This document shows, piece after piece, positions 1 through 9,368 of a stretch of DNA of 64,000 bases (position 1 is the first letter of the stretch; each line of letters begins with the position of its first letter). This DNA comes from Pseudomonadota bacterium (GTDB taxonomy: Bacteria; Desulfobacterota; Desulfobulbia; Desulfobulbales; SURF-16), in contig JAHJKA010000089.1 of assembly GCA_018822545.1 (NCBI GenBank), positions 921 to 64,920 on the forward strand, written 5' to 3'. A program made the position numbers and the translations under genes. The notes beneath the pieces were generated by a model. It was not told the origin of the DNA, ran no database searches, and saw only the letters and a program-made list of their open reading frames with translations.

Positions 1-56
1 TTACAACCCAAACTACTCAACCTCGGCTAGGCGCGCGTCTTAGCTTTGCGTTGTAC
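1..56 (+). repeat. Degenerate attC-like site, copy 1 (at window edge)
   Basis: TACAAC(2-7)...GTCTTAGC-TTTGC-GTTGTA(50-55). The terminal hexamers are inverted, and the 3' half matches the copy at 366-421. Confidence 0.3.
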
Positions 57-365
57 AGATTGAAAAAGAATGAATATCGAAGAGTTTCAAATGCTCCTTT
101 GCTGCCAGTAGATGGTCTGCTTAAAAACAGCAAAAACCAATATTATTTGCGTTCCAATCAGGTCATCCTTCAACCCCCAAAAAGCCCTCAGCCAATCGTG
201 GGTCTTTTGAGAAAGGCCTTTAAAATTTTCCAGGCCTTCTAACCGTTGAGCACCTCTGCCAAGTATCAAGAGGTTCTGGTTGTTGCGTTTCTGCTGAGAA
301 AAAGGCCTTAAAAACAATCCCGCCCCACCCTGCACAGATCGTGGCTACGCATAAGCCAGCAGCTG

Positions 366-421
366 GCAAAACAAAAATGCTTAAAACCCGAATTGTTACG
401 TGTCTTAGCCTTGCGTTAACA
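366..421 (+). repeat. Degenerate attC-like site, copy 2
   Basis: AAC(370-372)-aaaaat-GCTTAAAAC...GTCTTAGC-CTTGC-GTT(415-417). The AAC-to-GTT distance (45 nt) is the same as in copy 1. Confidence 0.3.
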
Positions 422-602
422 TTGCCGCATTCAATCTCAGGAATTTTCAACTCAGCCCGGGTTGAGGCTACAACTGTATGCCTTATCGCCAAATACAGTC
501 AGGTCAGGTCTAAACAACTCTTTATTAATTTATCGGCTTGTGTCTCGCCTGATTTATCGATATTCTAGTTATTGATTCTTGAAAAATTTGTGTGCTGTTC
601 TG

Positions 603-677
603 CTGAAGAAAAAGTCGAACCTGTTGCGAGACAGGGGCGGAAAGCTACGGGAGTTTCATACTCAGCCGAGCTACCTT
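603..677 (+). ncRNA. Cyclic di-GMP-I (GEMM-I) riboswitch aptamer
   Basis: AAGTCGAAC-CTGTT-GCGA-GACAG-GGGCGGAAAG-CTACGG-GAGT...ACTC-AGCCGAGCTACC follows the GEMM-I layout: GNRA-capped P2, GCGGAAAG junction, P3 and 3' YACC. It lies in the 5' leader of the CDS at 756. Confidence 0.9.
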
Positions 678-704
678 GAGATTAAGGTAGCTCGGCTTTT
701 TTTT
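664..704 (+). terminator. Intrinsic terminator forming the riboswitch expression platform
   Basis: Perfect 14-bp stem AGCCGAGCTACCTT / AAGGTAGCTCGGCT followed by a T-tract. The 5' arm is the 3' end of the aptamer. Confidence 0.9.
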
Positions 705-755
705 GTGCGCGCGCCGCTGTTCTGCCCGACATGGCTTTTCCTTAGGGAGGTTCTG

Positions 756-2276
756 ATGAAGGTTCTGCTGCTCTATCCCAAATACACCGACACGTTCTGG
801 AGCTTTAAGTATGTCCTTAAGTTTATTTCGAAAAAGGCGGCCTTCCCACCCTTAGGCCTGTTGACCGTGGCTGCCATGCTGCCTGGCGATTGGGAAAAAA
901 GACTGGTCGATCTGAATATTAAACCGCTCACCGATGCTGACATCGCCTGGGCCGACATGGTCATGGTCAGCGCCATGCTGGTCCAGCAACAAAGCGCCCA
1001 GGAGGAGATCAGCCGCTGTAAACGCCACGGCAAAAAGATCGTGGCCGGTGGCCCAGCTTTTACCGCTCAACACGACAAATTTTACGACGTTGATCATTTT
1101 GTTTTAAACGAGGCGGAAGTCACCCTACCCCTCTTTTTACTCGACCTGGCCGACGGCTGCCCCAAGCCGTTGTATACCGATACCACCCGGCCGGATCTGG
1201 CTCAAACTCCGGTGCCGCTCTGGTCGCTGATCAAGGGCAAAAACTACGCCACCATGGCCATTCAGTTTTCCAGAGGCTGTCCATACAACTGCGAATTCTG
1301 CGACATTATTATCATGAATGGCCGCACCCCGCGGACCAAAAGCCCTGTGCAGATGCGCCGGGAATTCGAGGCGCTCTATGCCTCAGGCTGGCGCCAGGCC
1401 GTTTTTATCGTCGATGATAATTTCATCGGCAACAAGGCCAAGGTCAAGAAAATGCTCGCCACCCTTATTGCCTGGCAGCAGGAGCACCACTATCCCTTCA
1501 CCCTGCTTACCGAGGCCAGTATTGATCTGGCTGCCGATAAGGAACTCATGGAGCGCATGAGCACGGCCAATTTCTACAAGGTGTTTCTCGGCCTGGAAAC
1601 CCCCAGCCATGATGGACTGGAGGAGTGCGGCAAACACCAGAACACCGGCATCAACCTCGTGGACGCAGTGCGCACCATCCATGGTCACGGCATGCAGGTC
1701 ATGGGTGGTTTTATTGTTGGTTTTGATTCCGACACCGAAAAGATTTTCGACGCCCAGATCGCCTTTATCCAGAAGATCGGGGTGGTAACCGCCATGGTAG
1801 GGGTGCTAACCGCCTTACCGCAAACCAGGCTTTGGCACCGGCTCAAGGCCGAAGGTCGGCTCATCGCCATTGCCTCGGGCGAAAACACCGACAGCGGCCT
1901 GAATTTTCTCCCGAAAATGGACCGCCGACAGTTGCTGATCGGTTATGAAAAAATCCTGGCCACCATCTATTCGCCGAAATGCTATTACCAGCGAATCCAT
2001 ACCTTTCTGCAGAGCTATTCCCCCACGGTACGCAAGAAATTGCAGGCCATCGACCTGGTCGCCTTTGCAAAAAGTATCTGGCAGATCGGCATCTTCTCCC
2101 GCTCCCGCTTTCTTTACTGGCGGCTGGTGATCACCACCCTGCTCCGCAAGCGCCAAGCCTTGCCCTTTGCTGTTGAGCTGGCGATCTTTGGCCTTCATTA
2201 CGAGAAGATGGCCCGACGTGTTGCACTTCAAGAGGATGAAACCATGGCCGAGCCAGGCCTTTGCGAGCATTCCTGA
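756..2276 (+). CDS. B12-binding radical SAM protein (HpnP/BchE-like class B, DUF4070-type C-terminus)
   Basis: N-terminal cobalamin-binding domain (PPLGLLTVAA, VAGGP), CPYNCEFC motif, FIVDDNFIG and GFIVGFD. Start moved to ATG 756 after the RBS AGGGAGG. Confidence 0.9.
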   Translation: MKVLLLYPKYTDTFWSFKYVLKFISKKAAFPPLGLLTVAAMLPGDWEKRLVDLNIKPLTDADIAWADMVMVSAMLVQQQSAQEEISRCKRHGKKIVAGGPAFTAQHDKFYDVDHFVLNEAEVTLPLFLLDLADGCPKPLYTDTTRPDLAQTPVPLWSLIKGKNYATMAIQFSRGCPYNCEFCDIIIMNGRTPRTKSPVQMRREFEALYASGWRQAVFIVDDNFIGNKAKVKKMLATLIAWQQEHHYPFTLLTEASIDLAADKELMERMSTANFYKVFLGLETPSHDGLEECGKHQNTGINLVDAVRTIHGHGMQVMGGFIVGFDSDTEKIFDAQIAFIQKIGVVTAMVGVLTALPQTRLWHRLKAEGRLIAIASGENTDSGLNFLPKMDRRQLLIGYEKILATIYSPKCYYQRIHTFLQSYSPTVRKKLQAIDLVAFAKSIWQIGIFSRSRFLYWRLVITTLLRKRQALPFAVELAIFGLHYEKMARRVALQEDETMAEPGLCEHS

Positions 2277-2298
2277 ACCAAAAGCGTCGCTTTTATGC

Positions 2299-2568
2299 TT
2301 AGGAGGGCTGTTCTTCCTGCGGGCGTTGCCAGATGATCTGACCATCTTTGGAGACGGTGCGCACCCGGTGCAGGGGGATGGAACAGATATTGCCATCACC
2401 ATTGATGAGCTGAAAGGAAAAATGATCGCCGTGGTCCAGGATCAGCTCCTGAAAAGGGACGCTGACGATGCGATCTTCCAGGCGGTCGTAGTACCCCACC
2501 TGAAAATCACCCCTGCCGAACTCCTTATCCCAGCGAATGCGGTTGAGCAATTGCGCAATGGCTATCAT
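2299..2568 (-). CDS. DUF504 (UPF0248) putative RNA-binding/RNA-repair-associated protein
   Basis: LLNRIRWD...GYYDR...IPLHRV...IIWQR signature. ATG 2568 follows a purine-rich RBS. Confidence 0.8.
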   Translation of the reverse strand: MIAIAQLLNRIRWDKEFGRGDFQVGYYDRLEDRIVSVPFQELILDHGDHFSFQLINGDGNICSIPLHRVRTVSKDGQIIWQRPQEEQPS

Positions 2569-2606
2569 CAGCGACTCTCCCTTCCTGTTGTCGAGGAACC
2601 TCCCCA

Positions 2607-3419
2607 TTAGCCGACGGCAGCTGCCTCCAGAAACCGATCAAACTCCTCCTGATCGTAAAAGGCCTTTTCAAAAAAGAGCCCTGAGGGCGGGGCAGTACAC
2701 CTGAAGGGAATCTCGGAAGGCCCATTCAGCATGGCCTCAACCTCAGCCAGGGTCAGCTTCCCCTTGCCCACTTCCACCAATACCCCGGCCATGCGCCGCA
2801 CCATCTTCCATAAAAAATGGGAGCCCACCACCCGCAGGCGCAGCATCTCTTCATCCTTGTCTTCGTAGACAAACACCCCGTTCACCAGCACCTTGGTGGA
2901 TTTTTTCAGCTCCTGCTTCTCGGCAAAAGAGGCAAAGTCGTGCATGCCGACAAAGAGTTTTGCCGCCTGAGCCATGGCAGCGCTGTCCAGCGTATCTTTG
3001 GGCCACCAGACATATTTTTTATGAAAGGCCGTCTTGCGCAGGGCAATCTGATACAGATAGCTGCGCCCGATACAGTTATGGCGGGCATGGAACCGCGGCC
3101 CACAGGGGGCAACGGCCAGCATGACGATGGATGAAGGCAACAGCTCATTGAACCGATCTTTAATTTCGGCAACCGACATGGCGTTTGAAATGGTATCGAG
3201 ATGGGCGGTGTAATTTAAGGCGTGGACCCCGGCATCAGTGCGGCCGTGGCCCTGGATGTCAAGGGTCGGGTCGGCGAAAATTTCAGCGCCGATGGTCAGC
3301 AACGTGCCCTGGATGGTCCGGGCGTCATCCTGCTTTTGCCAGCCGCTATAGCCGGTACCAGCGTACTCCAGATTCAAGCGATAGCGCTGGCGGCTCGGAG
3401 CGGCGGGGGATTTCTGCAT
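2607..3419 (-). CDS. truA: tRNA pseudouridine(38-40) synthase TruA family
   Basis: LEYAGTGYSGWQ, GRTDAGVHA, GMHDFASF, FLWKMVR and TAPPSGL motifs. Confidence 0.92.
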   Translation of the reverse strand: MQKSPAAPSRQRYRLNLEYAGTGYSGWQKQDDARTIQGTLLTIGAEIFADPTLDIQGHGRTDAGVHALNYTAHLDTISNAMSVAEIKDRFNELLPSSIVMLAVAPCGPRFHARHNCIGRSYLYQIALRKTAFHKKYVWWPKDTLDSAAMAQAAKLFVGMHDFASFAEKQELKKSTKVLVNGVFVYEDKDEEMLRLRVVGSHFLWKMVRRMAGVLVEVGKGKLTLAEVEAMLNGPSEIPFRCTAPPSGLFFEKAFYDQEEFDRFLEAAAVG

Positions 3420-3500
3420 GGTCTTGTCTCCAAAGACAACGTTGGGTAGAAGATTGTATGGTGCTGCGGATACCGGCTTACAGGAAGCAACTCCATGAAC

Positions 3501-3953
3501 TTACTTGCAATGTTTGGTCAAAAATTGATCCAGGCTGTTAGCAAAGGCCTGTCTGTCTTTGGGGTTGAGGGTGGCCGGTCCGCCGGTTTCAACGCCTGCG
3601 CCCCGTAACTCATCCATGAAATTGCGCATGCTCAGGCGCTCCTGGATATTTTCGGTGGTGTACAACTCGCCCCGCGGGTTCAAGGCATGCCCACCCTTGT
3701 CGATCACTCCGGAGGCCAAGGGAATATCAGCGGTGATGACCAGATCGCCTGCCGCCATCTCTTTGACGATCCTATTGTCGGCCACATCAAAACCTGCCCC
3801 CACCCGAATGGTGCTGATATAGCGAGAGGATGGCGGCCGCAAAAAGGCGTTTGCCACCAACACCAGGGGGATCTGCAGACGCTCGGCCGCACGATACAGG
3901 ATGTCCTTGATGGCGTTGGGGCAGGCATCGGCATCAACCCAGATCTTCATCAC
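3501..3953 (-). CDS. yaiI: YaiI/YqxD (UPF0178, DUF188) family protein
   Basis: [27 protein letters not shown] and LNPRGELYT motifs. Confidence 0.92.
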   Translation of the reverse strand: MMKIWVDADACPNAIKDILYRAAERLQIPLVLVANAFLRPPSSRYISTIRVGAGFDVADNRIVKEMAAGDLVITADIPLASGVIDKGGHALNPRGELYTTENIQERLSMRNFMDELRGAGVETGGPATLNPKDRQAFANSLDQFLTKHCK

Positions 3954-3961
3954 CTTAATAC

Positions 3962-4798
3962 TCAGCCCTTGCCCGTCTTGACACCATTAGTATCGATGAC
4001 AATCAGCTTTTTCCTGTACAGGGCGCCGATGGCTTTTTTGAAGGTCTTTTTACTGACGCCAAACAGGGCGTAGATATCTTCCGCCGCCGTCTTATCGGTG
4101 ACAGCCATCCGGCCGCCACTGGCCTTGATGATCTTCAGAATATTCTGGGCAATATCATCAACCCCTTGATAGCCGGGTTTTTGAAGGATCAGATCAATCT
4201 TCTGGTCATCGCGTACCTTCTTGATGTAGCCCTTGATCTCCTGACCGCTGAACAGCGTCTTAAACACCTCGCTCTTGTAGAGCATGCCCTCATGGGCGTG
4301 GTTGACAATGGCCCGATAGCCAAGATCAGTCTGCTCAAGGATGATCAGATCCACCTCCTGGCCTTCTTTATAGTTGGGAGGGGTCTGATCAAGAAATTTA
4401 TCGAGCTTGGACGAGGCAGCGATGCGGTTAGTTTCCTCATCCAGAAAAACATAGACCATATAGGCCTTGCCCTCCTCCATCTTGGCCTGCTGTTCACTCT
4501 TGGGCGCAAAGAGGTCTTTTTCCAGGCCCCAGCGCAAAAAAGAGCCGGTTGGTCCGTTGGCCGCCACCCGCAATTTGGCAAACTGACCCACCGTGACGCA
4601 CGGCTTTTTGGTGCTAGCGCGCAGGTGGCCATCACGGTTCTGATAGACAAAGATCTCCATCTCGTCGCCGGGCTGGCAATTTTCCGGCACATCCTTGAGG
4701 GGCAACAGCACATCCCCGGACTCACCGCCATCGAGATGGGCCCCGGAGTCACGCACTTTTTTAATGGTAAGTTTATTTATCTTGCCGATCTCTACCAT
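3962..4798 (-). CDS. cvfB: CvfB/YitL-family S1-domain RNA-binding protein
   Basis: Tandem S1-like repeats, [13 protein letters not shown], and a winged-helix end [16 protein letters not shown]. Confidence 0.9.
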   Translation of the reverse strand: MVEIGKINKLTIKKVRDSGAHLDGGESGDVLLPLKDVPENCQPGDEMEIFVYQNRDGHLRASTKKPCVTVGQFAKLRVAANGPTGSFLRWGLEKDLFAPKSEQQAKMEEGKAYMVYVFLDEETNRIAASSKLDKFLDQTPPNYKEGQEVDLIILEQTDLGYRAIVNHAHEGMLYKSEVFKTLFSGQEIKGYIKKVRDDQKIDLILQKPGYQGVDDIAQNILKIIKASGGRMAVTDKTAAEDIYALFGVSKKTFKKAIGALYRKKLIVIDTNGVKTGKG

Positions 4799-4858
4799 GT
4801 TCTTTCCTGTTAATCGTTATGTATTAAGAGTAGATCGTCCCACCGGCCACGCCTATGG

Positions 4859-5329
4859 TCAAAACTCCGGCTCATAGCCCACCGTAAAGGGGCTTGATGT
4901 CTTATTGCGAATACTTAAAAAATGCGCGTTATTTTTAGCAAAGGGACACAGAGGCATGGCACACGGCGCAAAACCAAACTTCTGATAAAACCGCGGGTCA
5001 CCTAAAACAAAAAGAGTGCTCGTCTTGATAACATCCTGCCGCAAGGCAAAGCGCAGCAACTCAGAGCCCACTCCCTGCTTTTGAAACTCGGGTTTCACCG
5101 CCAACGGCGCTAAATGCAAACCACACACATCCGTACCGTTATAGGCCTTTGAAAAAGCAATATAGGCAATGACCGAATTGACATGGATACACACCCACTC
5201 GTGCAACTCTCTACCATTCTTATGTAAATTATCAACTAGCTGCACCTCATAGGTGCTGTCAGGGAAGGCCTGGCGCAAGAGGCCCGAGGCCTTGGGGTAC
5301 GTGTCTGGGGCAAGTTTTCGTATCTTCAT
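4859..5329 (-). CDS. GNAT N-acetyltransferase (YhbS-like)
   Basis: LAPLAVKPEFQKQGVGSELL and VLGDPRFYQKFGF. Start taken at ATG 5329. Confidence 0.88.
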   Translation of the reverse strand: MKIRKLAPDTYPKASGLLRQAFPDSTYEVQLVDNLHKNGRELHEWVCIHVNSVIAYIAFSKAYNGTDVCGLHLAPLAVKPEFQKQGVGSELLRFALRQDVIKTSTLFVLGDPRFYQKFGFAPCAMPLCPFAKNNAHFLSIRNKTSSPFTVGYEPEF

Positions 5330-5482
5330 TGCTTGTAATAATAAGTAGCTGATTGATAATTTATGTGCAGGCAGGTACGTTCTCATTTTAGGCGAATTAG
5401 CCTCAAAAGAGTATAGCTGTTACCGAGCAACACGTTATTTCAGGACCTGCACCCCGAATTTACGCCCCTAGGAGCACCCTCC

Positions 5483-5737
5483 ATGGCTGAGATCATCCCG
5501 GAAGATATCAAGAGAGACCTGGCAAAGGCAGCTCTCTTACACCAACGCGCCTCTTCCGATTACCAGAAATGTGTGGAGTTTAACAAGCTGATGGCTGACC
5601 TCTTGGCCAGACTGGAAGACGCTGGCTGTGATAGAATGGCCGACAGGGTCATGGGCATCCTTCTCGACTGCAACCCAAAAGAAGGCTCCAGCTGCGAGAA
5701 AGCCACCCTGGTTGGCGAAAAGATGAAAAAAATCTAG
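5483..5737 (+). CDS. Small hypothetical protein (84 aa, 4 Cys)
   Basis: RBS AGGAG upstream; fills the gap between minus-strand genes; plausible helical composition. Confidence 0.7.
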   Translation: MAEIIPEDIKRDLAKAALLHQRASSDYQKCVEFNKLMADLLARLEDAGCDRMADRVMGILLDCNPKEGSSCEKATLVGEKMKKI

Positions 5738-5805
5738 GGGAAAAATGCGCTACAGAATCCTGCCCCTTTTCCTTGGCTGACCATATCTAAACATCTGTCG
5801 CCCCC

Positions 5806-6273
5806 TCATCCCCCTGCATGAAAGGCGACCAGGGCCTCCTTGTCGCGACTGGCTATCTGCTGGGCCACCTTGGCAGGCACCACCTCGTAGCTCTTGCCCA
5901 ATTTGACAATGGCAGCCTGACCACGACTGAGCTGGTCAGCGATCTCAGTTGAAACATAAATTCGCTTTATCTTGTTCTCTTCGACAAAATTATACGCCTC
6001 GCCCCGATCATCTTTCTCCAGGCGGTTTTGCTCAATAAGCTGCTTTACCTGGGCCAGACGCTCCCGTTGCAGCTTCTCCTCGGCGTGCTGGCGGTTTAGT
6101 TCCTTGTCACGCTTTTTCTGGGCGGCCAGTTCCTGCTTGATCTGGCTCGTTTCCACAGGGGGTGTATTGTTGTTCTGTTTTTTACTGACACGTTTTTCAT
6201 GCTGGGCCTTGTTAACCTGTTTTTTATTGACCAGCCCGGCTTTAAGAAGCTGGTCCTGAAATGGATTTCCCAT
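5806..6273 (-). CDS. DUF2058 (YaiL-like) protein
   Basis: FQDQLLKAGLV start, QVKQLIEQNRL, YNF...IKRIYV and YEVVP. Confidence 0.85.
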   Translation of the reverse strand: MGNPFQDQLLKAGLVNKKQVNKAQHEKRVSKKQNNNTPPVETSQIKQELAAQKKRDKELNRQHAEEKLQRERLAQVKQLIEQNRLEKDDRGEAYNFVEENKIKRIYVSTEIADQLSRGQAAIVKLGKSYEVVPAKVAQQIASRDKEALVAFHAGG

Positions 6274-6383
6274 AATCTTTCTCCGACATGATCCTTTCTG
6301 CTATTTCTTCTACCACAAGGGCACTCTTTTCAGTACCCCCCTAGAGGGGTATAAGTTTCGTTTGAGCAGACTAGCTGCTCGAC

Positions 6384-6746
6384 TTAAGCTTTATCTTTCA
6401 ACAAAGCTGCAAGGGCAGCAAAGGGCTGCTGGGTGGTATCGTCCTGGGCCCGCTCCCCGCCGCTGCCGCCATGCTCGGCAGCCAACCCCCGGGAGTGGAC
6501 ATTGTCGTGGCAGTAGATACACAACAACTCCCAGTTGCTGCCGTCAGGCGGGTTGTTGTCGTGGTTGAGGTCCCGATGATGCACGGTGAGTTCTTTAAGT
6601 TTTTTGCCGGCAAAATCACGGCCACACAGACCACAGACCCAGGGAAATAATTTGAGGGCACGCTCCCGATAGGATTTATCACGCAAGGCCTTGTCGCGGA
6701 GGGCCTCGGTCATCATGCCTTTGCCATTGTCGTCCTTATCTTGCAT
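6384..6746 (-). CDS. yajD: YajD-family HNH nuclease
   Basis: YRERALKLFPWVCGLC...LTVHHRDLNHDNNPPDGSNWELLCIYCHDNVH. ATG 6746 follows the RBS GAGGGAG. Confidence 0.9.
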   Translation of the reverse strand: MQDKDDNGKGMMTEALRDKALRDKSYRERALKLFPWVCGLCGRDFAGKKLKELTVHHRDLNHDNNPPDGSNWELLCIYCHDNVHSRGLAAEHGGSGGERAQDDTTQQPFAALAALLKDKA

Positions 6747-6773
6747 ATTCTCCCTCAAGAAAACTCCTTAAAC

Positions 6774-7682
6774 TCACCGATACCAGGATTTTAACCCGGT
6801 AGCCGCTTCCTGTTCAAGCCTTTCTAGAAGCTCTGGTGCGTTGAATAATTTTTCGCATAACTCGCATTTTCTATACTGGACAATGTCCCGGGCCGAAAAA
6901 CCGGCAAACGAGGCAATGGCACTTATCCCCAAATTCCGAATGTGGTTATACAAGCTGTTGCTTTCACTTTTTTTCAAAAGCTCGGCAACGCTTCTGTCCT
7001 TAACATTGCCCAGGTGAAAAAAATGCGTGCCGGTAAAATGACTGCCGGCATCGCAACAGGCATACATATCAAGGGTTGGCGCCAGATAGGGGTTCATAGG
7101 ACAGCAGTTGGCCTGATAATCAGTATGGAGGGGCATCCGCTCAAAGGCGTGGGCCCGACCGGCAAAAATGACGGGTTCTGGAAAAAATTTCAACCCCTCC
7201 TCCCGAAGATAGCCTTCGAAGGTATCATCGAGTTCTGAAAAATCAGTCACAAAGGAGACGAAGTAATCCAGGCCATTTTTTTGACAACTTCGAGCCGCGT
7301 TCACGATATTCTGGCGATCGATATTTTTCTGGTGCCAGCGGCTGTAGCTCAGGCGCAGTTGCGACAACCCCTTGCCCTTGAGTTTGGTGATGCAGCCATC
7401 GGCACGCTCCGGAGTTTTGGCCCAGAAACTATTGGTAACCACCCGCGTGTACATGCCAGAGTCGTGACACAGGCCGACCAGTTCAGCAATATCATCCAGA
7501 AAGATAAGCGGTTCACCGGCGGTAAAACTTATCCCCCGGACCTGGGCAGCAGCAAGGTCAGCGATGAGCTCTTTGGCCTGAACAAGCTCCATCTTGACGT
7601 TTTGAGGGATGGCGTCAGCCGCAACACAGTGTTCACATTTGATATTGCACTGTGTGGAGTAGCCAAAGGCGATTGTTCTCAT
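6774..7682 (-). CDS. Radical SAM protein of unknown substrate
   Basis: CNIKCEHC, SFTAGEP and VVTNSFW; extra C-terminal Cys (CC, ACC, CELC) suggests an auxiliary cluster. Confidence 0.85.
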   Translation of the reverse strand: MRTIAFGYSTQCNIKCEHCVAADAIPQNVKMELVQAKELIADLAAAQVRGISFTAGEPLIFLDDIAELVGLCHDSGMYTRVVTNSFWAKTPERADGCITKLKGKGLSQLRLSYSRWHQKNIDRQNIVNAARSCQKNGLDYFVSFVTDFSELDDTFEGYLREEGLKFFPEPVIFAGRAHAFERMPLHTDYQANCCPMNPYLAPTLDMYACCDAGSHFTGTHFFHLGNVKDRSVAELLKKSESNSLYNHIRNLGISAIASFAGFSARDIVQYRKCELCEKLFNAPELLERLEQEAATGLKSWYR

Positions 7683-7691
7683 AATCGAAGC

Positions 7692-9035
7692 TTACATTTG
7701 GCAGAGCTGGTCAACAAGCCGTTTCAGGCGGACACGGGCCACATCAACATCGGCAAGACAGGCAAAGGCCTTGACGTCTTCAGGATGGGATATATCAAAA
7801 CCGCTGCGCAAGGCATGCCGCCCGAGCAGCGCATCCACAAAGGCGCGCTCCAGCCGAGCCCCAGACTCATCCGACTGCTCGGTATCAGGCAGATCATACC
7901 AGGCCGCAAATCGGGGCTCACGCATGGCCTTGCGCACATCCTGCTGAAGGCCTTGGGTGGCGGCAAAGCCGTGCCGAAAGAGATCGCTCACATACCAGGT
8001 TTCCAGCAAGTCGGCCGCTTTGGCCACGGCTGCTTCGCTGTCCAGCGGGCAATCGGCATCTTGCTTTGCTATCAATACTTCCAGCCCCAGACAAATGGTG
8101 TCCCGCACCCGCTCGGCAATATCGGTGATCTGTTTGGTATCCTTCGTTTTTTCGCCATAGGCGATGATGGCGCTGTTAATGGCCCAGACAATTTCCTGCT
8201 CCAAGCGGGCCAGACACTCCTTGTCGGTAATGAGCGACAGGGCCTGCTGCAACAGGGAGGATTCGATTAAGGGGCCGGCATACACGGACGGTACCCGGGT
8301 GACGGGACCATCTACCGGTTTCTGGGGCCGAGCTGACGGCTGCCGCGCCGCAGGCTTAGAAAAAAGCACATCAGCCTCGTCCGGGGTGACAAAGCCGATA
8401 TCCTGCATCCGGCCATTGCGGAAACGCAAGGCCTCTTCTTCGATCTGACTGGGCAACTCCACCCGGACCTCGCTTAAGAGTTGGTGGGTGGCGGCGAGAT
8501 CGTATTGGTACAGGGCATCAAGCACCGTAAAGGGATGGATTTTCAGGGCCAGTTCGGTCTTGAGCTCCAGGAGATAAAAGCCATCCGGAGTCATGGCACG
8601 GGCCGGTTCATTGTCCTCCTCATTCTCCTGGGGCGGCACCTGATCCATATCAGGATCATACACCGTGACGGTCTGGGCCAGAAAGAGCAGCTGGACCACA
8701 TAGTCCAGGGCGAAAAAACCCTTGGCCAGGCTTTCGGGGCCAGCCAGGGCAAAGGCTGTCAGCCATTCATCCAGACTGTCGGCGGCAAAGTCGTAGCGGC
8801 TCCAGCAATCCAGATCGACACAGGCCTCCAATTGTTCTTCACTGAGCTCAAGGAGGATGGGCAGAGACTGACCCAGGCCGATCTCCCTGACAATATAATA
8901 CGCCTCCAGAGGTTCCAGGGCAGCGACCTCGTCGGCCAGATCGGTGGACATCAGCAGCCGCTCGCCACGGCGGGCCAGGGCCCGGGCCAAATCAGCACGA
9001 AACGGGGTTAATTCAATAATCTTGTTGTCGGTCAT
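7692..9035 (-). CDS. Conserved hypothetical protein, DUF6178-like
   Basis: 447-aa acidic ORF; VDLDCW, TPDGFY and EEEALRFRNGRMQDIGF resemble DUF6178; 9-nt gap to the radical SAM gene. Confidence 0.65.
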   Translation of the reverse strand: MTDNKIIELTPFRADLARALARRGERLLMSTDLADEVAALEPLEAYYIVREIGLGQSLPILLELSEEQLEACVDLDCWSRYDFAADSLDEWLTAFALAGPESLAKGFFALDYVVQLLFLAQTVTVYDPDMDQVPPQENEEDNEPARAMTPDGFYLLELKTELALKIHPFTVLDALYQYDLAATHQLLSEVRVELPSQIEEEALRFRNGRMQDIGFVTPDEADVLFSKPAARQPSARPQKPVDGPVTRVPSVYAGPLIESSLLQQALSLITDKECLARLEQEIVWAINSAIIAYGEKTKDTKQITDIAERVRDTICLGLEVLIAKQDADCPLDSEAAVAKAADLLETWYVSDLFRHGFAATQGLQQDVRKAMREPRFAAWYDLPDTEQSDESGARLERAFVDALLGRHALRSGFDISHPEDVKAFACLADVDVARVRLKRLVDQLCQM

Positions 9036-9368
9036 ATTCTCATATCAATGGGAGGTAAGCGAAGCCGCCGCCATGAGGACGGGATAATTCGCCTGAAAAC
9101 TAAAGGAAAGCAGGTCAGGGAAAGACATCTTGCCGATGTTTTTTCGCTGGCCTTCTGCCCAAAAAGGCTGCATTGGGAAAATCAGCTGCCTTCCCCACGC
9201 ATCAGTGCTGGGCCTGCAAAAAATTACGCCACCAGTATCACCCTAAGATAATGCAATAATCAACGCCTGTCGCGGACTATGTTGGGAATGCAGTGGCAAG
9301 GAGGCGGCATTTGCTTGAATGATAACGAAGAAGATCACTGTTGCAGATCAAGCGAGAACCTTGACGAG

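Noticed and set aside
579-755. 59-codon N-terminal extension of the radical SAM ORF
   Set aside because: It overlaps the riboswitch and terminator; the RBS and family N-terminus point to ATG 756.
7281-8270. 329-aa plus-strand ORF
   Set aside because: Antisense shadow of the radical SAM and DUF6178-like genes, with no motifs.
9256-9270. 15-mer ATAATCAACGCCTGT repeated at 63533-63547, considered as a possible att or target duplication
   Set aside because: A few 15-mer matches are expected by chance in 64 kb; there is no integrase, and one copy overlaps a gene start.
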